Positions 25,090-35,823 of a DNA stretch of 64,000 nt are shown one piece after another. The notes under the pieces were generated by a model, which worked only from the letters and a program-made list of their open reading frames with translations, was not told where the DNA came from and ran no database searches. Both the position numbers and the translations under genes were made by a program. Source of the stretch: Amoebophrya sp. A120 (Eukaryota; Protista; Dinoflagellata); the NCBI GenBank assembly GCA_905178155.1, contig CAJINV010000005.1, positions 2,296,054-2,360,053 of the forward strand, written 5' to 3'. Position 1 is the stretch's first letter. Every line of letters starts with the position of its first letter.

Positions 25090-27956
25090 ATGCCGGACGC
25101 CCGCGCGGGTAAAGTCGCTGCAGCCGGCGAGTATTTTGTCTCGGCCGGCCCGGAAAACGAGCCTACAGATTATGAAGATGAGAGGATCGAATTGCAAGCG
25201 GTGCAGCGAGTCACAAGTGCAGAAGCGACGAGAACTTCTTCCCGCTACAGAATAAGCGATTCCGTCGACGACCCCAGTTACGAGCTAACAAACGGCGCGA
25301 TCTTGGACTGCGACAAGAAACCGGTCCTGATCAAGGACGTGAAGTTCGGGAAATGCACCACCACCGGCGCGACCATGAATTACATAACCGCCGCGATCGG
25401 CGTGGGAATTTTCTTGCTGCCCACGGTCTTCGCCGATGTGGGCATCATCGCGGGCACGGCGCTGTTGATCGCCGCCTTTTTTTGCTCAATGATCATGTGC
25501 AAATTGGTCGGATCGGAAATGGATTTTGCGCGAAAATTTCGGATCCGCGACGCCGTGCTGAACCACGTGGACACCATGGACGGTGTCGCCGGGTGCGCGC
25601 TGCACGGCTTTCCGCACAAGGGCTACTTCGTGTGGTTCTGCATTTTGGTGGACAACGCAGATCTACTGATGACCTGCGTGCTGTTCCTGTGCGCCAGTTA
25701 CCCAATGCTGCAGAAGCTGCTCTACCAGTGCCAGTTCGGAATCATGCAGGGGGCCTACATGTACTTTTAAGTTGCTTTTCTGAGAAAAGCTATGTTGGAT
25801 TTGTTTCTGTAGCTCGTGCTCGATCTCGAGTAGAGGCGAACACAAAAAGTTTTCTTTGATGCTCTCATGATTTTTACTAAGTATTCGAGGATACCAATCG
25901 GTGTGCACGTACTTCATTTTTTTTTCGTGCAACTACCCTGGTTCGTGAAATAAAAAATTTCAAGTGAAGATGCCTGGAGGTGCTGAATTTAAAAGTGAAA
26001 AACCTTGAGCACATGATTTGAATAAGGAATCAATCCAACACCAACAGGTTGATGTTGCGCAGCATGAAGGACTCCGCCCAGGGTATCAACTTTTCTAACG
26101 AGTCCGACCCGGAGATTTTGCGGCACGGAACCAATGATCCGAGCAACATGTCCTTTTGCACGGACGTGCTGTTCAAGAAAACCGAGGTGAGCGGACTGAA
26201 AAACGAACTAACTTCTTGTTACCTGACGAAGCAAACGGACACCGCAACCGGCGCATTCAAAAAATACGTCGTGAACCTGGAATGGAACGATCCGCTTCTT
26301 CCCCCAGGACAACAAGCCATCCCGACAGGTGTGTCACAAAGGCTCGGCTGGGATTTGGAAACCGAATTTGAAACCGTGATGCGGTGTCAGTGGATAGCGC
26401 TGGGGATTGTCATTCTGTTGTTAATCTCCACGGCTTTCTTCAAGGACATGACGGCTCTCTCCAAACTGTCCGTCGTCGGGGTCGTCGGCTCCGCCGCCGC
26501 GGCCTTTTTCGTCGTGCTCGCCTCCTGCGTGGAAATAGCGTACAACGGGGGGCAGCTGGGCCCGAACATCTACTACGGGTACCCGGAAACGTCGAAACTG
26601 GAGCAAATCGCGACGGGGTTTAGCACCATCTGGTTCTCCTTCGCCGTGCCGGTCATCACGCCGACGGTCAAGTCGGACATGACAAAACAGTACAGGTTCG
26701 CGCGGGCCGCGGAATATTCGCACTATCTGATTTTTGTGATTTACTTGATCGTGGCGTTCTTCGGCTACTTGGCTTTCGGGAATACGAAGTTGGGCGAGGG
26801 GCTGCATCACGTGCTGGTACTACATCCAGTGTTTAGAATGACTTTTCTTTTCCAAACTAGCCCGGACATACCAAAATAATCCAAATATAAAAACATTTGC
26901 GGCCGCACGTGTCCTTTCCGTAAGTATTTTAGTTTTTTTGCGAGATTGATCATTGAAATACACTGCAATCAAGTATGAACAAACATTAAATTATCTCAGG
27001 TGCCCGCCTCTCTGCGTAGCGACCGCACTTTCCCGGGATCTAATTGGTGTTTGCAGACCAAAGCCATCTCCCAGGTGATTGTGGAAATCGGTATTCTTGC
27101 AAACGTGGTGGTCACTTACCCGCTGTTCCTGAACCCAGTCGCGATCACCATCGAGCACGGGATTGCGAAATTGGTACATAAATGTAAGAGCAACAGAAAC
27201 ACCAGCAGCCCGGCCACGCAGCCCCAGCCGACGTCAAACGCAGTGCAGCCTGAGTTTATCGCAGAAGGGGAAAATAAGGATGAGCAGGTTCGGCTCTTGG
27301 CCCCGACAACAACCAGCCCCGACAAAGATGACATCAATGGCGACCCAATAGAGCACGAAGCTTCATACGAATTGACTGGGTGCGCGGAGTTGTCCGTGCG
27401 AATTTTTATCCGCTCACTCTTGATTGGCGTGACCGTGATTCTGGGCGTGGCTTTTGAGTTGTCCACCTTCATGGGCCTAATCGGTGCGGTGACAGCAATG
27501 TACACTTGCGTGTACTTGCCTTTTATCATCCACTGCATCTTCTATGCGAGGTGGTGGACGCGATACCCGCAGAAGGTAAAAGGCTTTTTACAGCAGGCGG
27601 AGAGAATTGAGGAGCTAAGCTCGAGTTTGATGGAACAAAAGAGCAAAAATTCCTCGAGAAATAAAGCAAACGTCGTCGACGGTGAGAAGAGAATAGCGTC
27701 CACAGCAATTATTCATCTTCCGGGCGAAAAAGGTCAGGAAGACGTCGAGATTTTAGGCGAAACTGGGATGTTGGAAGAACTACCAGCAGGCGTAGATGAA
27801 AGAGATGAACTCGACGAGGAGGAAGCTTTCAAATTGGAGATGAAGCGCATTCTGATAAAAAACCAGTACACGTGGTGGCGCTGGGGAATTTACGGCTTCA
27901 CGGTCCTGATGGCCGTCATGTGTAGCGTCTTGACCCTGTACGCAGAGACCCAATAG
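25090..27956 (+). CDS. Amino acid transporter (Aa_trans/AAAP family), exons 25090-25760, 26048-26816, 27000-27956
   Basis: MNYITAAIGVGIFLLPTVFADVGIIAG, FSFAVPVITPTVKSDM, FFGYLAFG, TYPLFLNP, FMGLIGAV; phase-compatible GT-AG introns. Confidence 0.9.
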
Positions 27957-28253
27957 ACGTGTTGCTGGCCTCCGACAGACGAGTACTCCAAATGATAAAC
28001 CCGCAACTAGAAAGCACTCACGACCACCCACCCTGAGCCGCCGGTCTAGATTGGTCCAGCTTTTTTTAAGCCCACGACGACGCCGCGCATGTAGCTCTAG
28101 ATAAGATTTTAGCGACATGACTCCCCCTTTTGAGAATATCAACTCCAATTTTGGTTCTTACGCAGCACTTTGTCACGGATGTTGGCACACAAGTGCAAAA
28201 GCGACAATTAATGCAAAATCCTGATTTTTCAGTACTGCTTCTACTCCTGTAGC

Positions 28254-31200
28254 TGTTGATTCACAACTTACACGATGTTCGCGTTCTCGTTTTTCTTTCT
28301 TTTTCTTCCGGCACCCGTGTTTCTTCTGCTTGGACCTGTTCTCTCTTCTTCCGCGGTTTCGTCAATTCCTGTTGCCAGACGCTATGATGGATGCGAACGA
28401 AATTACGATAAAGCTTCATGCGGTGGCGAAAGACAAGAAGGGCAGGACCACCATGGCGTGGGGGAATGTGCAGCAGCAACAGACGTTTTCCGAGTATTGC
28501 GCCGCGAAGAATGTGGACAAGAGCTCCAAATTAGCAATGGAGGCAGCGGCTGTTGCGTACGAGGGCCCGGACATCTACGCCCACACATTTCAGTGCGAAG
28601 GAATGCGCCACATGGAGTGGTCTACGGGTTACGTGATCAGCGGCCGCCGATACGAAGACCAGCCTAAGGATGGCAAGCAGCGACTGCGGTTGCTCTTCGC
28701 GCGGGTCATTGAGCAGCCACGCGGGTCAGCGAACTCTAGCTGCGAGCGGGTCATCAAGCGTTTAACACTACGGTGCTCCCACAGATGACTACGCACGTCG
28801 AGGCCTTAGGCAAAGGGGCGGCCAGCAAGGGGCGATCGGGCAGCTTCGACCTGTTCCTCCAGCAATCCAGACCGGGGCCATACGCTTCCGGGCCGAATAG
28901 CAGCAAGAGTGTAGACGTGAACAGCAGCAAGAGTGTCGGCGTGACTGGAAGCGGTAGCGAGTCAGTCAATGGCGCCGGCGGCAGTGTATCGTCAACATCG
29001 GGGATGCAGATCGGATGTATTACCTCGCGCACCCATATTGCTGATGCTGCATCTGTTACCCCTGTTGTTGTTCCTGATCTCGCTACAACCGCCACAGCTG
29101 TTGATGTGAAAGTAGTTGCTTCTTCTGGAGATTCGGTCCTCAAGCCAACTCATCTTCTCATCCCACCATCACTACAGAAGCGTCTTTCGTTTTTCGTTTT
29201 TCGTTTTTTTTAGTGATTCACAACTTACACGATGTTCGCGTTGATTCACTTTATGTCGCCTCTGTCCTGAGACCTTCTCGCCCGCCATCGACCTCGCTTT
29301 CGATCTCGTGTGAGGATCGATTTTCGTTTTCGCAAATTGGCCCTCCGTTGAGGTGTACCTCCGGAATGAGAGTCGCTTTTTTGTTTTAGTGAGGAATTTG
29401 CGTCCACATCAGACGCAATTCCTGCCTTGCTCGTGCGCATACGTACGTAGATCTCTTGACATCCGTCTCGAGGTTTAGGGTCGGAGCGCTCTCAGCACTG
29501 CTGAAGCTTTAGAACCAGATGGGAGTGCACGCCCGGACGGATCAGAGCACAAGGCTTTTTGATAGCGCCTTTTTCCAAATGGCTTCATAATTCGCTTACT
29601 CTGCTGCCCCCCTTTTTTCCTTTCCCCGGGCCCAACTGGCACCAAGCAGTTTTTCTTTTTGCGTGTCCCCATCCGGACACATCGATCTCGGTCGAGGTTT
29701 AGGTTTAGGTATAGATCCATCATATGTCGTCCGCCGCGGCCGCTGTCCCGACCACCCACCGCTCCTGCGACGAGTCATCTTCTTCCCGCCTACCGTCCCG
29801 GAACGCGGCGACGATGGGTTTCAGGGTTTCAGGGATTTAGGGTTCTAGTCAAAAAAAATAAAAAAATTTACACGATGTTCGCGTTGATTCACTTTATGTC
29901 ATCATCTCATGACTTTTTTGGATATAAAGTCTCTCTTGCTCCGCGCCCTGGATCTCTTCGTGTTGTTCTTTGTTATGTGTTGTTCTGTGATATGTTTTTA
30001 CATGCCCCTACTTCGGTTTTCTATTATTGCATGTGCACCTGATATCGCTTTCGTATTCTTCCTCGTTCGGTTTTCACTTCATGAGTCGGTCTTTCTTCTC
30101 CTCCTCTGTCGAGCGATTTATCATGTCTATGTCTTTTTCTGTATGTCGTCATGCTATCCTCGGTTTCATGTCATAAATCGTAATTATTTTTGTTTTTGTA
30201 TTTCTGCTGTAGAATTTCGTATTTTTTGCTCGTTAATGCTCCTCTCGATCTCGTCTGACTCGATCTTTTGCTATCGATTTTTCTCGATCTCGACGTCCTC
30301 GATGCTCTCGATTTGGTGTATGTCGATCATTCTGTATTGCTCGTTCGTATCGTATCGATCTCTGGGCCCCGAGCGATCTTTTTTCCTTCCGATCCCTTCA
30401 TGCTTCTTCATTTCATTTCTTGCTTTCAAGCACGTTGTTATCGTGGTTTTGTGGTCGGTGAACCGGTACCCCTGTCCGCCATAAAAATCGGTGACACGCA
30501 TAACAAGCGAGCACTCCCTTACACTTTCTCTTTCATCTGCTTCACAGGGCAGCGAGTCAGTGTTCGGTGAGACGGCAGGGGCTGTAGTGCTTTCCTCTCC
30601 TCCCTCGGTCCCGAGAGAGTTCGGTGCGTATTTTGTTGTTGCGAGTGAATCCGAGCTGTCCAAATTTCTGCCTCTGTTCTCATGCAAAAAGGTCATTTGC
30701 ATGCTCGACAAAATTCAAATTTACACGATGTTCGCGCTCTCGTTTTTCTTCCGGCCGTATTTGCTCTCGCCAGGTGCCCCTCCTCCGTGCAATATTGAAT
30801 GCTGCGAACGTATTAAGGCGCCGAAAAATGAATCTGACTGCCGCGCTCTATCTAGGTTGCCGCCGGCTTTGGCCTTGCGCGGTGCTGCAGATGAAGCGCT
30901 CCTAGAAGGTGTCTCAACAGGTGGTGCGCGAACCTTTTTACCGGCGCAGCTGCTTGGGAGGTTGAGGCGACACACCTCCGCCGAGGCACGCCAACTGTGT
31001 TTCTCAAGGAGCTGGCAGCTGGAGGCGCGCCAACGTTTGCTAACACTCGAAAATCCTCTGCGCAGAGACCGCGCCGCCAAGTCTGCCGCAAAACAACTCC
31101 AGAAAGCACCCGCGCGAAATAGCTTCTTGAGAGTGTCCAGGATCATCTCCGGACGCAATACAGATCGCATCCGCATGTGGGAAGACGCTTATCCTGGACA

Positions 31201-32097
31201 GGGGCTCACGCCGATCACGGAGCTTGCGCGACACATTGGAGCCGACATTTCTCGTCTCCTATCCTTCTTCGCCGAATGCCGCTCGATGAGAAGAAACTTC
31301 TGACTTTGGGGATTTTTTTGCCGGATTTTGCCAAAACTTCGCCAAAAACCCGGATTTTGGCGAAGTTTTGGCAAAATCCGGCAAAAAAATCGCCAGAGTG
31401 AGGAGATTCTTCTCATTGAGCGGCATTCGGCGAACGGGGAAGGGAGAGGTGAGACCTCTGCTACATCGTGTCGGGCAAGCTCCAGGATGTCCGAACCCCG
31501 GGCCAGGATTAACCCTTTTCCGCATGTGGATGCACTCTGGCTCGCGTCCGAGAATAGCTCTGGACATTTCCCGGGCGACCCACGGAGCAACTCCGCAAGG
31601 GAGCTCGCTGGAGTTGCTTTGCGGTAGATTGGGCTGGCCGGTCTCTGCGAGAGGGCGCTTCGAACATCAGATCAGGAGGCTGATGCAACTGCAGCGGCCG
31701 TCACGCTTGACTTGCTTGAGAGGCAAAGCTGGCGCGCCACGAGTGGGATGCGTCATCCCAACCGCCCAGCGAGTTGCGTCTTTAAGTTCCCGCATCACAC
31801 GCAGATGCGCGCTGCAGGATCGCGCCAGCTGTGGCACTGCGCAAGGCCTGCGACCACCTCTAGCACGACAGTCAGTCTTGTTTTTGCGCAACCTAACGCG
31901 CGCAACTCGATCCAATATCGCGCGGAGAAGGGGCAGCTGGTGCCGGCAAATGCGCCCGAAAATGAAAAGTTTTTTTGCCCAAACAACGAAAAAACTTCTC
32001 TGTTTGGGTTGACCCCTTTTGCATTTTGCACGTTCATATCCTCTGGTTGTTGATTCACAACTTACACGATGTTCGCGCTCTCGTTTTTCTTCCGGCA
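28254..32097. mobile_element. Stack of four insertions (U1 28314-29213, U2 29258-29867, U3 29884-30720, U4 30756-32047) at one duplicated ~50-bp target
   Basis: Core TTACACGATGTTCGCG at 28268, 29225, 29868, 30721 and 32062. Full site TGTTGATTCACAACTTACACGATGTTCGCG(C/T)TCTCGTTTTTC...TTCCGGCA at both ends. 33-bp duplication 29225-29257/29868-29900. Confidence 0.8.
30742..31968. repeat. ~1.2-kb imperfect palindrome with perfect 37-bp central arms (31311-31347 / 31355-31391, 7-nt loop)
   Basis: Central arms are exact reverse complements. Outer arms align throughout; opposite-strand ORFs read RICSRQVPLLRAIL vs RICRHQLPLLRAIL and FAECRSMRR on both strands. Confidence 0.92.
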
Positions 32098-32263
32098 TCA
32101 AAGCCCAAACTGTGTCGGTGTAGCAGCAGCCTTTCTGAGAAAGGAACCATCCATGTGCTGCTGCTGGCAGATTCAAATGTAAGGAATGGTCGACCTGAGA
32201 AGTATGTAAAAAGTTGAATAGTGCCCGCCCTGCATAGAAGACGTTCCTAAAGTGGAAGAAAAG

Positions 32264-33616
32264 ATGGTGGCCACGTCGGTAGTTTTGTCTTCGCTTGCCA
32301 GACTTTTCCGTCTGTTTTCGCCCACTCTGATTCTCGTTTCCGCAACCGGCTATTACCCCAATCCGGGGGAAGCATTCTATTGTGGGGAAAATATGGACTG
32401 CTACGCCATCCTCAGCACTACAAAGACTGAAGTCGACGAGTTGGCGTTGCAAGCTGCGACGGAGATTAACAAAGAATCGCATGTGTTGCGGAAGTTTTTG
32501 AGGAGGAAATTCCGGGCCGCGAGTTTGCAAGCGCATCCAGACACTGCGGCTGCTACTAGTAGAGGTGCTTCATCAAACAAGGAGCGAACTAGTACATCAA
32601 GACACGAAACATCAGAACAAGAAGGAACTGGTCAACATGAAGAACAGCACAAAAATTTCCACGTTCTGAAATCCGCGTTTCAGGTCCTCACCACGCCGAA
32701 AGTGCGCATGGCCTACGATTACTTTCAAGCGAACCCGGACGATGAGCAGGTCTTCCTCGAAGCCTACTACGTCGACCGAAGTTTCGCCAGGGAGCACGCG
32801 AGGTTTTACCAGTACAAAACGAGTACTAGCACGGGAGCTGATATTGAAGATGACACAGACGATGCGGAAGGCGACTTCAGTTCAGCATTTTATTCCCACC
32901 CTGACGCGACCTGGGACCAGCGGGTGGCGCTGTGGGTGTTCGCGCACTTGCAGCAGTCATGGCTGGCGAAACTGTCGGAGACACAGTTTGCGTGTCTTGG
33001 CTTCTGTTTACTGCTTGTACTAATCTCTGCCGTGCAGTACATTCACCGTGTCGGAAGATACCAGCGCGCGATACGGCAGGTGGTCGGAAGTCAGGCGTTC
33101 CAGGCCCGGGTGTACAACGAGATGAAAAGGAGCAAGGATTATAATGCTGGATCAAACGCAAATGACCTTGCACTTGCCGGTAGCAGCTCCCTGAACCAGG
33201 AAAGCACAAGGGATCATGGGAGCAGGGAGAATGTAGTTGCACCAGCGGCCGTTGCAAAAAAGCGGAACAACAATAGAAAAGCCGCGAATGATCGGATCAG
33301 AGACAAGGAAGTGAAGCAAAAACGGCTGGAAGACGCTGCGATGGAGGTTTTTACGAATCAGGTCGAAATGGAGGAGGAAATGCCGAACTGCGCGGATCTG
33401 TTTCTCTGCTGGTGTCTAGCATTACCCTGGAAATTTTGTTTGAAAGGGATTCTGCACAAAAAAACCTTTGACAAAGCGATCACTCCTGGCATGTTTGAAG
33501 AAAGCAATCTTTCTGGTGTGACTACATCCGATCTTTATCCCGTCCCTTCCAAAGAGCCAGCTGCCTCGGTCGCTTGTTGGTCTGGGCTCGTCGCGCTTTC
33601 TCCATTAGTAAACTAA
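32264..33616 (+). CDS. DnaJ-domain membrane protein, DNAJC25-like
   Basis: Signal peptide, FYCGENMDCYAIL, J-domain HPD (KFRAASLQAHPD...FQVLTTPKVRMAYDY), TM segment ending ISAVQY. Confidence 0.8.
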   Translation: MVATSVVLSSLARLFRLFSPTLILVSATGYYPNPGEAFYCGENMDCYAILSTTKTEVDELALQAATEINKESHVLRKFLRRKFRAASLQAHPDTAAATSRGASSNKERTSTSRHETSEQEGTGQHEEQHKNFHVLKSAFQVLTTPKVRMAYDYFQANPDDEQVFLEAYYVDRSFAREHARFYQYKTSTSTGADIEDDTDDAEGDFSSAFYSHPDATWDQRVALWVFAHLQQSWLAKLSETQFACLGFCLLLVLISAVQYIHRVGRYQRAIRQVVGSQAFQARVYNEMKRSKDYNAGSNANDLALAGSSSLNQESTRDHGSRENVVAPAAVAKKRNNNRKAANDRIRDKEVKQKRLEDAAMEVFTNQVEMEEEMPNCADLFLCWCLALPWKFCLKGILHKKTFDKAITPGMFEESNLSGVTTSDLYPVPSKEPAASVACWSGLVALSPLVN

Positions 33617-34014
33617 AACTCGTTATTTGTTTCGTTCGAATCGCGTCTACTTCTCTCGATCTCGTTTTTCGCTCGAGAAAAAAGTTTCGGTCTCACATAC
33701 ATAGAACGCACAACTGCAGAAGGTGCCGGAGTGAAGAAGCGCATGATTCCGCCTCGATTCCCGGTGTGTGATGAGAAGATCAGTACGGTATTCTCTTGTG
33801 GTGTTTGCTCCGACGCGGACGCACATCGATATACTGTATGCGCATCGGCAAGGAGCGTTGAATTTAGAATTACAATTAGGAAATAAAGTTTTCACCTGCG
33901 TGGAAAGAAGCGAGAGCCCACCAATTGCTTTGAGCGCAGTTCTACCAGGAGGATACTGGAACACAAACAGTTACTGCAGCTCTACAGGCAAGCACCAAGT
34001 AGGACTCTATTAAG

Positions 34015-35162
34015 ATGACCGCCGCAGTGACAGCGGGCACAATGGCTGCCTCCTCATCCAGCTCGATGCCGGCGGGCCCGGGGTACAAAGACGTGACCTA
34101 CAACATCCAGTACCACCCCATTGACAACCACACCACCGTCTCCCGCTTAAATGTCGACCGCATTGTCGCGAATAAACACCTCCCGCCCGCCGGTGCGCCC
34201 AGTTACCCCGGCGTGTACCCGGACAGGCAAGCGTCGGTCGTGCCGATAGACTACGACCCGAGCTTCAATGCAAGGTACACAAAGAACGACTACAAAGATT
34301 GATTTTTTTTCTGGTGCTGCTGTGTGTCTGGTGTCAGTACTCTACTGTCACGACGACGTCATAATAGTTGCATACACGTCGAGCAGCACAACAAAGAACG
34401 TGCTCAGTTCTAACTGACGACATGAAAAGCGAGTGGTCGCACAATTGTCAACATTCTTCACGACCCAGGTTTCCCCCGACCGGTTGGTCTAGCCACCCTG
34501 AGTGGGCGGGGTCCGTGCCCGATAAGTGGATGGACCGCAACACCGGACGCAACAACAGTCGACACATCGTCCTCACCGCGGCCCGGAACGGGCCCGTGGA
34601 CAGCTTGGCGCGGAATGGGTGGAGCTACTCGTGTCTGCCGTACGTCAACGGGGAAAGCAGGAAAATGATAGGATCCTGGGTGCCCGACGGGGTGGAGGGC
34701 GAGTGGAAACGGTGTCGGAAGACGGTATTTGTTAGCATCGTGCTGATTCTGTTCCTGTGACTTGTCGTGAGTTGAGTCTGCAGGCCGATTGAATACTAAG
34801 TTGATCTTGATTCATTTCATCGCACACTTGGATTGATTACATCCTCTAACGCGTACGCCGCGCATCCATGATCAAACATTTTATCAGGTAAAACCTCCGC
34901 ACATAATAAAGAAGGAGCTTCTAGAAGGCGTGAAATGGACAAAAAAACCGGGTTTCGTCGGGCCGACCGGATACGGGCCAGACCGGAAACTCGTGAAAAT
35001 GGCGCGGACACAGTAAAACGATTTTTACAGGCATTGTTTATGTGTGCGATTTGGATTACACCCTGATCCTGATGAAATTGATTGTCATATGAATTTGGCA
35101 TGCATGGTCAAAGAAAATGAATATGAAATTGTCAGGTCCGAAACGGTTCTTCCGCTGAGTGA
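34015..35162 (+). CDS. Small hypothetical protein, exons 34015-34274, 34469-34724, 35136-35162
   Basis: GC-rich exons joined by phase-compatible GT-AG introns; no recognised family; last exon uncertain. Confidence 0.5.
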
Positions 35163-35823
35163 GCGGACGATGCCGGGTGACAGGTGGAGCAAAACACTGG
35201 TGCGAGATTTGGAAAATTGGGAAACGCAAAAACTCGGCTCTGCACATCCGCATCGGGGATAAGAAAGAGGGCTACAATTCAAAATGCACACGACAGTTAA
35301 ATAGCTGTCTTGACTATTCTTCATCTACTTCGAACACAAATGCACCTAAGGGTGAAGTTCACTTGTTCAGTAGCTTCACAACCTTCTCTTGACTTTTTAC
35401 TTTATCATCAAATGCAAGATAAGAAAGTTGTCCTCACTTGGAGCAAGCGCACGCCCGGTAGCACGCAATGCAAGACGACACTTGTTTCATTTTTCACGAC
35501 TTGGCGTCACAAGTGGAGGGGGGTACTTAATTGTTGTATCTTGATCGGAGATGGCTGTATGATACTGATTGTCAGATGAGCATGAGCGCTCGAGTATTCA
35601 TTGCAAATAAACCCTCGCGCTGTACTGCGCAGCTGGTGGACTAGCTTGTTGAATGGTGGAAGGATAATCGGACGAGCCGTTGTTTGTTCTGCTCCGCTGA
35701 TTTTTTTCCTTTTTTTGAAGCGCCGCTCGACGCAACGTTTGGGGAAGCGGCTGTATTGTCACACACAAACACAAAATCACATGACATAGGACAAACCTAC
35801 CCATTCGCAAAAACATAGGAAAG

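Noticed and set aside
28240-28315. Target site as a dinoflagellate spliced-leader gene
   Set aside because: No match to CCGTAGCCATTTTGGCTCAAG on either strand.
30425-30720. Hammerhead or HDV ribozyme, telomerase RNA or tRNA-derived SINE assignment for the conserved block
   Set aside because: I could not find CUGANGA/GAAA in hammerhead geometry, an HDV L3/J4-2 consensus, a telomere template or A/B boxes by eye; left unassigned.
28254-32097. CRISPR array or integron reading of the five TTACACGATGTTCGCG repeats
   Set aside because: Spacers are 600-1300 bp and unequal, repeat lengths vary as nested target duplications would, there is no cas or integrase gene and the context is eukaryotic.
29909-32536. 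ORFs 29909-30484, 30491-31303, 31368-32012 and 31667-32536 as genes
   Set aside because: They cross insertion junctions or arise from pyrimidine-rich or palindromic sequence and have no recognisable motifs.
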